Source of the DNA: Candidatus Bathyarchaeia archaeon
Lineage (GTDB): Archaea > Thermoproteota > Bathyarchaeia > TCS64
Assembly (NCBI GenBank): GCA_050014495.1
Contig: JBEKDF010000023.1
Coordinates: forward strand, 1-46,065
Direction: 5' to 3'
Length of the DNA stretch: 46,065 nt
The notes beneath the pieces are model-generated. The model made no database searches. It was given only the letters and a program-made list of their open reading frames with translations, and was not told where the DNA came from. The translations under genes and the position numbers were made by a program. Position 1 is the stretch's first letter, and each line of letters opens with the position of its first letter. Shown here piece after piece: positions 36,740 through 46,064 of the stretch.

Positions 36740-38175
36740 TGTGGATGACCCTCGAAGATCCGGTCATCGAGGAACAGGCCGATGTGGCCATTGATGATTC
36801 GGGTGGGGATAAGCCGGCATCAGTTAGTGTGGATGGTGGTCTGAGGTGGTGGATCTGGCCGATCAGGGTCGTGGTGTTACTTGGGATGCTCTTTATCGTG
36901 TACTCTGACCTGATTCTCGGGCTTAAATACCGTGATCCTCTGGTTGTCTACTCCACGCTTATGCCTGCGCATACGCTCATAATATTCTCCATATCTTGGT
37001 TGTTGTATAGGAACAGGGCGGATGGGGAGGTATCTGGTGACCTTGTCTCGGTGATTATTCCGATATTTAACCAGAAGGCGTTGATTAGGATAGTGATTGA
37101 GGCGGTTTTCAAGTCGAGTTATAAGAATATTGAGGTGATCGCGGTTGATGACGGGAGCAAAGATGGAACAAGTGATCTGCTTGACGAGATTGGGTTGGAG
37201 CACCCCGAGATAAAGATCATCCATAAAGAAAATGGTGGAAAGAGAACGGCGGTGGCGACGGGATTCTTCGCATCGAGAGGACGATACGTGGTCTTGATGG
37301 ACTCTGACAGCATCATTGACCCAGACGCTATTACTGAGCTCATGAAGGCATTCAAAGGTAACCCACGAGTAGGAGGCATGGTTGGCAACGGGAAGGTCTG
37401 GAACGCTGAGAAGAATCTCCTCACGAAGAGTCAGTCCGCGTGGTATGATTACTGCTTCAATATACACAAGAAGTGTGAGAGCTACTTCGGTACGGTGCTA
37501 TGCTGCTCGGGGTGCCTGGCTGCTTATAGGCGGGAGGCCATAGCCGATTATATCCCATACTGGAAGGATGAGACGACCCAGTACAGTGACGATCGGCAGC
37601 TTACGAGTTACACTATCGCTTCGCAGTGGGCGAAGAGGGAGCTGGCACCCATACCGCGGAGGCTCATGGAGTCGGTTGCTAGCTATGATGACGCCGAGGA
37701 TCGGGGTCTAACCGCTCAGTCGCTCCTCGACTGGGAGACCGCCTACGTGCCATCGGCGGTCGTGTACACGGAGGTGCCGGAGACCCTGAAGAAGTTCTTC
37801 AGGCAGCAGCTCAGGTGGAAGAAGGGCTACCTTAGGACGAACTTCTTCGTTAGTGCGTTCTTCTGGCGTAAGAATCCGGTCATGGCTCTACTATACTACA
37901 TTGAGTTTATGACGACCTTTACGTCGCCAATGGTCAGCTTCATCATGCTCGTCTACGCTCCTCTAGTGCTGCACGATTATTCTCTTCCACTCATCTTCGT
38001 GCTTGGTCAAGTCTTCATAGGGGTCGCGGCTGGCGTAGACCGAGTATCCCGGGAGAGGAAAACGGTGAACTGGATCTACAACAGCTTGATGAACATCTTC
38101 CTATCCCTGGTCTTGACTTGGATAATCTTCCCCGCGATCTGGACCTTCAGGGAAAAACGCTGGCTAACTAGATGA
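36739..38175 (+). CDS. Processive GT2 glycosyltransferase, hyaluronan synthase / NodC / PgaC-like
   Basis: Two N-terminal TMs, DDGSKD, NGGKR, DSDS, CCSGCLAAYRR, (D/E)DRxLT, QQLRW, C-terminal TMs ending WLTR. Confidence 0.9.
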   Translation: MWMTLEDPVIEEQADVAIDDSGGDKPASVSVDGGLRWWIWPIRVVVLLGMLFIVYSDLILGLKYRDPLVVYSTLMPAHTLIIFSISWLLYRNRADGEVSGDLVSVIIPIFNQKALIRIVIEAVFKSSYKNIEVIAVDDGSKDGTSDLLDEIGLEHPEIKIIHKENGGKRTAVATGFFASRGRYVVLMDSDSIIDPDAITELMKAFKGNPRVGGMVGNGKVWNAEKNLLTKSQSAWYDYCFNIHKKCESYFGTVLCCSGCLAAYRREAIADYIPYWKDETTQYSDDRQLTSYTIASQWAKRELAPIPRRLMESVASYDDAEDRGLTAQSLLDWETAYVPSAVVYTEVPETLKKFFRQQLRWKKGYLRTNFFVSAFFWRKNPVMALLYYIEFMTTFTSPMVSFIMLVYAPLVLHDYSLPLIFVLGQVFIGVAAGVDRVSRERKTVNWIYNSLMNIFLSLVLTWIIFPAIWTFREKRWLTR

Positions 38176-38270
38176 TGTAAGCGCATTGATGAAGTTTGGA
38201 TAGAAATGGAGTATATTGTGGATAAGGTTGAATTGTGTTTCTTGTAAACTTCATTATATTTATTCTTAAA

Positions 38271-38285
38271 AAAAACTTTTATATG
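38271..38285 (+). promoter_or_regulatory. BRE/TATA promoter of the coiled-coil gene
   Basis: AAAAACTTTTATATG about 45-60 nt upstream of ATG 38330. Confidence 0.4.
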
Positions 38286-38329
38286 TTGAACAGGAATTTA
38301 TTATTTGAATAAACTATCTGAGGAATGAT

Positions 38330-38830
38330 ATGTCTAAAACTAGAAGAAAAAGTGATACTACATCTAGTGATTCAACTGATGTATCTAAAAATGTAAATGA
38401 AGTGGATGAGTCTCTGACTCAACTAAAAAAAGATATGGCAGACGTGCAAGCCAAATATCTGGAACTTGATGATGTTATAAAAGTTCAAAATGATAAAATA
38501 TCGAATTTGGTAGATGCTGAGAGTAAAGCCGGATCCCCGGAAAAGTTAGCGGAAGTACTTAACCTTCAAAACAAGTATAATGAGCTTTCCAATAGCATTA
38601 AGGTGTTAAATGAAAAAATTGCCTCGGGTTCAGCGAGCATCGGAGATAAAACTGGGTCACCTCAAAATGTGGATGAAACGACTGAGGTGTTGAAGAGCAT
38701 GAAGAAGGACATAGGCTCCTTCGTAACGTATGGGAAGCTCTTTCTGGGGATTGGCGTTGCTGCCCTTTTACTTTACATCATAAATGCGATAATTAGTCTA
38801 GCCGCATCACTTAGGCCGGCTGTTGGCTGA
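38330..38830 (+). CDS. Coiled-coil protein with C-terminal membrane anchor
   Basis: Heptad-rich helices with an internal repeat; C-terminal hydrophobic LFLGIGVAALLLYIINAII. Confidence 0.65.
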   Translation: MSKTRRKSDTTSSDSTDVSKNVNEVDESLTQLKKDMADVQAKYLELDDVIKVQNDKISNLVDAESKAGSPEKLAEVLNLQNKYNELSNSIKVLNEKIASGSASIGDKTGSPQNVDETTEVLKSMKKDIGSFVTYGKLFLGIGVAALLLYIINAIISLAASLRPAVG

Positions 38831-38965
38831 GTTCCCTGATATTAAAAAATTCTACTTGAGCGGACGAATCTCCTCATTCTTCCTTACTTATAATGAAAGG
38901 GGTCTCAAGCCGAGTGGATTAGGCTGGCTTTACCTTATCCAATAAGGTCACAATAATGATATTTT

Positions 38966-39547
38966 TTATATGTTGTAACTCTTTGCCTTCTCGGAGGTCA
39001 ACATTAACACGCATCTTTCGCCCTCCTCCGCGTGGCACCTCGGTTCGCTGTAGATTGGTTCCGCTTCGAAGACCTCTGACATTATACCCGCGATGAGACC
39101 CTGTATGAAGCAACAACCTACAGAGTCGTGTGAACAGCTGTCGTTGAAGATGTTCTTCTTGATTGCTACGATGGCGGAGGCGTTGAGCTCGAGGCTTTCA
39201 ACCTGGAATCTGCCCCAACCCATGGAGGCGAGTCGCTCTAGGGCCTTCTTTAGGATCATCGGTCGCGTCATTGGTATACCCAGCTTTTTCTGCTCCTCAG
39301 ATACGCTTCTGAACTCCTCCCCCCCGGTGTTTTTCCCTAGGGAGTAGATCATGGAGTATCCTGGTGCACCATATGTCTCCGTTAAGTTAGTCAGCATCTT
39401 CACAAAACTTTCTCTTCGGAGTAGTATTACGGTGGGTTTACTGTTTTCTTCTTGTTGCCGATCTATCAAAGGCTCGTTAATCATCCCGGTCTTCGCCTGC
39501 GTCGCTGAGGATATCTGCCTGGGGTTTCGAGTATTCCTCACTTGCAT
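38966..39547 (-). CDS. V4R (4-vinyl reductase) domain protein
   Basis: MGWGRF, CCFIQGLIAGIMSEVF, EPRCHAEEGERC. Start uncertain. Confidence 0.8.
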   Translation of the reverse strand: MQVRNTRNPRQISSATQAKTGMINEPLIDRQQEENSKPTVILLRRESFVKMLTNLTETYGAPGYSMIYSLGKNTGGEEFRSVSEEQKKLGIPMTRPMILKKALERLASMGWGRFQVESLELNASAIVAIKKNIFNDSCSHDSVGCCFIQGLIAGIMSEVFEAEPIYSEPRCHAEEGERCVLMLTSEKAKSYNI

Positions 39548-39725
39548 CGTAATATATGGTTAGGTTGTACTGATTCCTCAGAGACACAAGTTAGGGGTTT
39601 CTAGTTATATCTAAAAGAATTATGGACTCCAAGTCTACGTCCAACATCTAGTCTACTGAGATGCGTAGATAGGATGATAATTTATGTATGCTGATACTGA
39701 ATGCTTAAAAGTTGATGAAAAGTAA

Positions 39726-40790
39726 TTAATCTTTGGAAGGAACAGTCTTCTGTCCCTTGTCCTCTCTTCCTCTCCTCCAGAATGGACCACGTTTTTCGGT
39801 TTCCGTCTTGGGCTCACCGATGAGCTGAGCAAGGTTTTCTAGGTAAGCTGGGTCTTTGCCATTTACTACGCTGATGTTGTAGGCCTTTCCGAGGGAGGGT
39901 AGGACAGTGTTTCCTTCCAGATCTAGTAGGATGATTAGCTTCGAGTCGATGTCCATTTTCTTGCCTAAGAGGGATATTAGATCTGTCTGGCTGCCCCATG
40001 TAGAGACATCTAGTAGGACGAGTTTTTGATCCTTTTTTCCTATCAGGTCGAATGATTGTTGTGCACCTGATTTGCCCATGATTTTTGCATCCAACTCGAC
40101 TGTATAGCCATTCTGCTTGAATATAGTCTCAACTTGGTGCAATGCGTCCCTCTCAAACCTTTGAGGTGAGAGCGCCTGGACCTTTTCTGTGAGTTCGTAT
40201 GAGGGCAGTTTTACATAGTTTGCATCTCTGTATGTGAATACAGTTCCACATTTTTGGCAGATGTGTGACATTGATGGTCTTTCAAATTTGCTCCCACATT
40301 TATCGCATACGAAGCTGGAGCCAATGACCTTAACGATTTTTTTCTTATCCATCTCAGTTGCTGATTCGCTGATTTTTGTCTTACATTTGGGGCATATTAG
40401 CTCTTTTTCGTTCACAAAGTCGATTCTATTTCCGATATAGCCGCAGAAAGTGTGCTCAATTAGCTGGATTCTCTCTATGCTCATCGATTGACATTGAGGA
40501 CAATTATATCTGGAGTATACTTGAATTGAGCCGCATTTTGGGCATAAGATGGCTGAATCAAAGCTCTTCTCGATAAGATATTCTTTCTTCTTAAGTTCGT
40601 TCAGTTGTCTCCAAATCTCTTTGTCGCCGATTTCTTTTGACAGGTCCTCGAGTCCATCGTAGATTACTGAGTCTCCCATGATCTTTGGTTTGGTCTCCCT
40701 GATGCCCTTATCCAATAAATTGTTGAGAAGCTTTTCTTCCTCTGTTGATAGCTTATCTGGTTCACTCGTTTTTGAACTCATTTGAGGCAC
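39726..40790 (-). CDS. TackOD1-like multi-zinc-ribbon protein fused to a restriction-endonuclease-like domain
   Basis: CPKCGS, CPQCQS, IEHTFCGY, CPKCK, CDKCG, CQKCG; C-terminal IMGKSGAQQSFDLI. Confidence 0.72.
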   Translation of the reverse strand: MPQMSSKTSEPDKLSTEEEKLLNNLLDKGIRETKPKIMGDSVIYDGLEDLSKEIGDKEIWRQLNELKKKEYLIEKSFDSAILCPKCGSIQVYSRYNCPQCQSMSIERIQLIEHTFCGYIGNRIDFVNEKELICPKCKTKISESATEMDKKKIVKVIGSSFVCDKCGSKFERPSMSHICQKCGTVFTYRDANYVKLPSYELTEKVQALSPQRFERDALHQVETIFKQNGYTVELDAKIMGKSGAQQSFDLIGKKDQKLVLLDVSTWGSQTDLISLLGKKMDIDSKLIILLDLEGNTVLPSLGKAYNISVVNGKDPAYLENLAQLIGEPKTETEKRGPFWRRGREDKGQKTVPSKD

Positions 40791-40791
40791 C

Positions 40792-41658
40792 TTATGGCAG
40801 GAAGATCCTATAGAATGCGATGGTTACTACTATAAGAAAAACTGAGTGGATTAAGCCACTTGCTATTTTTGAATCGGTAATCTTTCCAGCAACTAATCCG
40901 CCTACGGCCCCTTCTACTACGGCTGCCCAGAATATTATTGATTTGTAATAGTTGATGTCAAGCATGCTTCCAATTAGGTTCTGTGCACCTTGGACGGATG
41001 TATTTTGTTTTGCTAGTGGCTCTAAAAATTGTGCAACTACAATCCATCCTATGAAGAGGAATATCAAGGAGCTGACGTAGACAAGCAATATGTAAGGACT
41101 AATGTTGGACTCTTTTTCGTCCTTGTACTCGTCGATGCTGGTGAACATGTTGATACTGGTGTCAAGTACCTCCATCATTCGTCCACCTGAGTTATTTGCC
41201 TCGAGGAGGATCGTCGCCATTCTTTTTCCGCTGGGCCTTCGGAGGCTATCACCGAACCATTTTAGTGATGCCTGAAGATCGCTGGTGAGGTTGAAGTTGA
41301 CAACCGCTGTCTCGAGTATCCCACTTATTGGGCCGTACTCCCTCTGGGATGCAACCTCTAGTGCTCTCGTCAAAGGCATTCCGGAGCGTACCGATTCGGT
41401 GATGTCCATCATTAGAATGGGTATGTTCTTGTCTACCTGTTTTAGCCAACGGCTGTTATTTAGCTCGATTATTGAAGGTGGTATTATGGCTATGAGCACA
41501 CAGACGACGAAGTAATAGTTTGTTGGCATGTCTATGGGGATGATATAGGGGTATGTTGGTATGTATTTGCCCGCGATAATGTAGAGTACGAATAATACAA
41601 TAGCTACACTCGATGATACTGCCCAGACCGCTCGACTGTATTTCTGTTTGAAGTACAT
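40792..41658 (-). CDS. Type IV pilus / T2SS-F family membrane platform protein (TadC-like)
   Basis: ESVRSGMPL..AL, EANNSGG, GLVAGKI...SGLIH; multiple TMs. Confidence 0.88.
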   Translation of the reverse strand: MYFKQKYSRAVWAVSSSVAIVLFVLYIIAGKYIPTYPYIIPIDMPTNYYFVVCVLIAIIPPSIIELNNSRWLKQVDKNIPILMMDITESVRSGMPLTRALEVASQREYGPISGILETAVVNFNLTSDLQASLKWFGDSLRRPSGKRMATILLEANNSGGRMMEVLDTSINMFTSIDEYKDEKESNISPYILLVYVSSLIFLFIGWIVVAQFLEPLAKQNTSVQGAQNLIGSMLDINYYKSIIFWAAVVEGAVGGLVAGKITDSKIASGLIHSVFLIVVTIAFYRIFLP

Positions 41659-42581
41659 TACTCCTCTCTCCCTAAGGTCTGGTCAAGTATTACCGTGAAT
41701 ATCGCAGCCATTATGGGTACTCCTATGAACACTATGAGGTTGAGTTGAAGAACCGCGCTTCCACCCAGGGTACTTCCGTTTAGGACGGAGAGAATGGCGA
41801 TGATTAATATGAATATAGTCGGTGTGATGACCATGAGTGCGACGTATAGTTCCCCGATGTACACTAATGTATTGAGTTTGGACTTTAATTTCTCCTTCTT
41901 CGCCTGCATCTGCCGTGCCACCTCGTACAGGAGCAGTGTTTTGAGGTCACCACTCGTGGCGATGGTGGTTCGGATTCCCTCAATTTCCTTAGCTAATATC
42001 TTAGATGGGCTGATAATTGCGATATCCTTCAAAGCTGTTCTAACATCCATCCCATAGAGTCTGACATCCATAAGGAACTTTTTACAGATGTTTACTAGGG
42101 GTGGGTTATCCTCGACATCCGAGATCCTGTCAAGGATGCGTTCAATGGACATCCCGCTCGCTGATAGAACTGTCATGTAACTCAAGAAGTAGACGAGTCC
42201 ATCCTCTAGTCTACCCTTCGCCTCTCCACGCTTATAGTAGGGATAGGAGATCATAGCGAATCCAGCTATGGAGGAGATGATCAAACCTGTGGCGATTGGC
42301 AGCAACACGATGCTCAATATTGAAGCCCTAATCAATATCAGGAGAACTAATGTGACGCTAAAAAAGGTGACAAACGATATGAGGGTGATTCGAGTGACTT
42401 GTTCCAGGTAGTCGTCTATATATTGGGATAATCCACTCGATTGGTAAACAAGCTGAAAGTTACTCCTATAATGTTCTGAGCTAGACTTCCAGGATTTTCG
42501 AATTATATTAGGTAAATCTCCGAGTTGGAAGAAGATGTTCGCAAAGAACTCACTTATGGAGATATCATCTTTTGCGGTCAC
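41658..42581 (-). CDS. Type IV pilus / T2SS-F family membrane platform protein (TadB/ArlJ-like)
   Basis: LSYMTVLSASG, GMDVRTALK, SPSK, SGDLK, ELYV. Confidence 0.86.
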   Translation of the reverse strand: MTAKDDISISEFFANIFFQLGDLPNIIRKSWKSSSEHYRSNFQLVYQSSGLSQYIDDYLEQVTRITLISFVTFFSVTLVLLILIRASILSIVLLPIATGLIISSIAGFAMISYPYYKRGEAKGRLEDGLVYFLSYMTVLSASGMSIERILDRISDVEDNPPLVNICKKFLMDVRLYGMDVRTALKDIAIISPSKILAKEIEGIRTTIATSGDLKTLLLYEVARQMQAKKEKLKSKLNTLVYIGELYVALMVITPTIFILIIAILSVLNGSTLGGSAVLQLNLIVFIGVPIMAAIFTVILDQTLGREE

Positions 42582-44107
42582 CTGAATCCAAGCCTCGCAA
42601 CATTATATACGTCATCAGGAGCGTGGTAATAGTTTCTGATGATGTTTGCCACATCATCGTAGTTTTTCACTCCGACGTCAACCATCCACTTCAATATCAC
42701 TTCTCTTCGCTCAAGCTCATTATGGAGGGTCTCGATCGGAATCTGGTTAATCCTTGATATTAGGCCAAACACGCTCTTTTCGTTATTTGACTTGAAGTAT
42801 TCGAATGTGTCGGATGCCGCGTTCCACTTGAACCGGGTCTCGAGCACGGGCTCGTTCGATTCTTTATCTATTTCTGTGATCTCTGTGACGGATTCGACTC
42901 GTCGCCCAAAATGATCGCCTATTGCTACTCGTTTAACCTGAATGAGGCAGTTCATTAGGGGAAGCATCATCATCGGAATATCCATTGGTCGCGTGATAAG
43001 TCGCTTGATGACCGAGTCCTCGCTATCAGCGTGTATTGAACACATCCCTCCATGTCCGACGGCTATGCTCTGGAAGAGGGTATAGGCTTCCTCTCCTCTA
43101 ACCTCGCCTACAATGATGTAGTCTGGGCGTTGCCTGAGTGCGGATTTTAATAGATCGAAAAGCGTGACTTCTTGAATGCCTGGTTGATAACTTGGCCGCG
43201 TTGTGAGGGGAATCCAGTTCTCGTGTAGTCTGAGCTCTCGGACCTCTTCGATTGTGACGACCTTCATTTCTGGTTTGATGAACATGGTGATTGCATTTAG
43301 GAGAGAGGTCTTACCCGATGCTACTGCTCCACTTACCATCATGCTTCTAGAATGCTCTACTAGCAGCCAGGTGTATGCCGCGAGCTTGGGAGAGATTGTC
43401 CCGAGCTGAATTAGGTCTACAACCGTGAATGGGTTCGTCCTGAATTTTCTTATCGTGAATGTGTCTCCACGCTTGGATACCTCGTCGAGGGTGATGTGGG
43501 CCCTGTATCCTTCCGGTAGGGTTCCCTCGAGTATTGGATTTGCTATCGATATCTGGTTACCAGTCTTGTAGACTAGACGTGTGACTATGAAGTTGAGTTC
43601 TTCCCTTGTTGGGAAGATGATGTTTGTTGGGAGTGATTCGTGGGTTCTATGCCAGATATAGAGGGGTGTGTTTGTTCCGTTACAGCTGATGTCCTCTATG
43701 TTAGGATCGTGAAATAGTATGTCGATTTTTCCATATCCCAAAAAGTCCCTGATTAGGTAATAGTTTAGTTTATCAACTGACTCTTTCGGGACGGTCTTTA
43801 GGTTCTTCTTTAAAATCTTCTTAATCATCTGATCTAGATAATCCTTCATTAACTTGTCATTTTTTAGTACTACAAGTGGTACACCGACGTTGAGTATGAT
43901 GGAGTCTTTAATTGATTTTAGAATATTTGACTCCTCGGCGCTCATCGTTGGCTCAATCGCGTTATAGATCTTCTTACCCGTCGCGTCATCCACCTGTATC
44001 CCCACATAGCTAAATGGTGGGCTGACTGGGTAAAATTCCTTATATGTCTGATTTGGAGTCATTTTTAACTCGTTTAATTCGTTTTGTTCTTCAGTCATAT
44101 TGTTCAC
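42578..44107 (-). CDS. Type II/IV secretion system ATPase (pilus assembly, ArlI/VirB11-like)
   Basis: GYGKID...DPNIEDISCNG, FTIRKF, GAVASGKTS Walker A, ALRQRPDYIIVGEVRGEEA, GHGGMCSIHA. Confidence 0.93.
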   Translation of the reverse strand: MNNMTEEQNELNELKMTPNQTYKEFYPVSPPFSYVGIQVDDATGKKIYNAIEPTMSAEESNILKSIKDSIILNVGVPLVVLKNDKLMKDYLDQMIKKILKKNLKTVPKESVDKLNYYLIRDFLGYGKIDILFHDPNIEDISCNGTNTPLYIWHRTHESLPTNIIFPTREELNFIVTRLVYKTGNQISIANPILEGTLPEGYRAHITLDEVSKRGDTFTIRKFRTNPFTVVDLIQLGTISPKLAAYTWLLVEHSRSMMVSGAVASGKTSLLNAITMFIKPEMKVVTIEEVRELRLHENWIPLTTRPSYQPGIQEVTLFDLLKSALRQRPDYIIVGEVRGEEAYTLFQSIAVGHGGMCSIHADSEDSVIKRLITRPMDIPMMMLPLMNCLIQVKRVAIGDHFGRRVESVTEITEIDKESNEPVLETRFKWNAASDTFEYFKSNNEKSVFGLISRINQIPIETLHNELERREVILKWMVDVGVKNYDDVANIIRNYYHAPDDVYNVARLGFR

Positions 44108-44117
44108 TTCATGTCTT

Positions 44118-45113
44118 CTATTGTAAAACTGTGAATATATTCGAAGCCTTGTAATCTAAATATTGAGCAGTAATAATGTGAGTGCCTATACTTTTTCCTT
44201 TAACTGTGATGGTGGTATTGAATGCTCCTGATTTATTGGTGGTTATTGGATCTGTGAGTATTACAGACGTTGAGTCGAAAAAGATCAAAATCCCCTGCTG
44301 ATTTGCTGGATATCCAGATCCCTTAATCGTAACATCGACGTTCTTGGATGCTTGCGAATTGTCTGGTGTTAACACTAAATATGGGGTTACATTTAATGTG
44401 GTGTTTGCTAGAATAACAGTGTGATTCATTGCATTAATTGTGTATGTTCCATTATGTAATTGAGTTAAGTAAGTAGAAAATAACCCCGATTTTAAGACAG
44501 TTGATTTAGTAGTGTTGACTAGATTGCCACCTGAGGTTATTGTTACATTAATTGTGGAGCCAGATACGAAATTTGAGCCTGATAATATGTACCCTTGCTG
44601 CCCATCTTGGATTCCAGACGTAACGGTTAAAGTTGGAATAAGGTTAGTTAAAGACGGGTTGTAACTGAATGAAAATATGCTGCCCTTACTGGTAATTAAT
44701 TTAATTACGTAATTATCGACTTGACTTGAGATAGGAACATTGTAACTACCTATCTCGCCGGGGTTAAGATTCTGATTTCCTATTGGTTCAGAGAAATTAT
44801 ATATTCCGACCGATGCATCGCTTACCCCAATATACATGATCGTAACAGGTTTCGAGCCTGAATTTATTACCTCTAAAATAATGCCGTCAGTATTATTGTT
44901 TTTATCCAAAGTGGGAACTACGTAGTTTATCGATAAATTTTCTTGGCCCTTATTCTCTTCCAGCGTACTCTGGGTGCTTATTGTATTTTGGAGATCAGTA
45001 GTGGCCCTATTACTCATTATGAAGAATGCGTATGAGGAGATAATTATGAGGATTAGAAATACTCCTCCGACTATGGAGGCGACACCTCTCCTATGGTCAA
45101 CCTTGGGACTCAA
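44118..45113 (-). CDS. Large minor pilin / adhesin with class III signal peptide
   Basis: HRRG/VASIVGGVFLILII prepilin cleavage motif; Thr/Ser/Asn-rich beta domains with many NxS/T sequons. Confidence 0.78.
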   Translation of the reverse strand: MSPKVDHRRGVASIVGGVFLILIIISSYAFFIMSNRATTDLQNTISTQSTLEENKGQENLSINYVVPTLDKNNNTDGIILEVINSGSKPVTIMYIGVSDASVGIYNFSEPIGNQNLNPGEIGSYNVPISSQVDNYVIKLITSKGSIFSFSYNPSLTNLIPTLTVTSGIQDGQQGYILSGSNFVSGSTINVTITSGGNLVNTTKSTVLKSGLFSTYLTQLHNGTYTINAMNHTVILANTTLNVTPYLVLTPDNSQASKNVDVTIKGSGYPANQQGILIFFDSTSVILTDPITTNKSGAFNTTITVKGKSIGTHIITAQYLDYKASNIFTVLQ

Positions 45114-45567
45114 TGAAATTCCCCCTTTGACTCACGATCTTATAGGTCACATAATAATTATCTGTCAACACTTGATCTACGCTTAAGGTTAGGCAGTGTA
45201 TATTAGAAGGCTGGTTATTTACCACAACCTGAGTATTATTAAACTCTCGAGTCAATAATTGTGGGCTAGGGCTGACACTTGGAGTTTTCCCAGTACACTC
45301 CAAGTATACAGATGAAATGACTGACGGAATGGTTCCATAATCAAGATAATATATCAGTATTGCAGTGCTATTTTTCCTTGTGATTGAAATTATATCAAAT
45401 TTTTCGGTCACAGTCTCTTTCTGGGTTTCGACTTGGGACAGAAGATTGGACTGTTGAGAGCTCAGGTTTGATGTTGAGATGTTATAGAGCATTACTCCCA
45501 GGGAGCTCACGATCATTAGCACGATCATTGTGGCTAAGATTTCGCTTACTCCCCTACGTGGTTTCAT
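45097..45567 (-). CDS. Type IV pilin-like protein
   Basis: MKPRRG/VSEILATMIVLMIV class III signal peptide; C-terminal KIVSQRGN. Alternative start 45579. Confidence 0.82.
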   Translation of the reverse strand: MKPRRGVSEILATMIVLMIVSSLGVMLYNISTSNLSSQQSNLLSQVETQKETVTEKFDIISITRKNSTAILIYYLDYGTIPSVISSVYLECTGKTPSVSPSPQLLTREFNNTQVVVNNQPSNIHCLTLSVDQVLTDNYYVTYKIVSQRGNFIESQG

Positions 45568-45611
45568 GCACGTTAACACCTGTATACTGATAAAAAAAGG
45601 AGATGGGTAGA

Positions 45612-46064
45612 TTAACCTTTAACGTTGAAGGTTATTTGTGTATTATCCTTTCCAATTATTTTTACTGTGTAGGTCACTCCTGATGCAAATGTCATAGGGT
45701 TTCCGAGAACATTTGGTCCTTGAGCTATCGTAAGTAGCCCTACCCCACCTTCAGGAACTAAGACACCACCGTTGAAGTCCCATCCTGATGTAGATTGGAG
45801 AATTAGATAGCTGTTAGATCCTGTTTGAACATACACCGAGGCGGCTGTAAAAGATGTATGCCCAATATTCCGAATGTATGCCGTCAATGCAGTAGGACCG
45901 GCAGTTCCTGGAATAGTCAAAGTAGCGGTATCAAGTGATAGTGCCCCCATAGTCTGGGGGGTTGTGAAACCACCTAGATACCCCATAACATAAGCGTAGA
46001 TAACAACACCAGCTGCTACAGCAAGAACCATTAGCAGAAGTGTGGCAATGAAAGTTGAGATTCC
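45612..46064 (-). CDS. Archaeal type IV pilin, probable major pilin (5' end off window)
   Basis: Frame is open to the window edge: G/ISTFIATLLLMVLAVAAGVVIYAYVMGYLGG...AYIRNIG...GVTYTVKI. Confidence 0.85.
   Translation of the reverse strand, partial: GISTFIATLLLMVLAVAAGVVIYAYVMGYLGGFTTPQTMGALSLDTATLTIPGTAGPTALTAYIRNIGHTSFTAASVYVQTGSNSYLILQSTSGWDFNGGVLVPEGGVGLLTIAQGPNVLGNPMTFASGVTYTVKIIGKDNTQITFNVKG

Noticed and set aside
36739..38175. Definite hasA (true hyaluronan synthase) assignment
   Set aside because: The motifs are shared with NodC, PgaC and chitin synthases, and the partner dehydrogenase looks WecC-like; the product cannot be determined from sequence.
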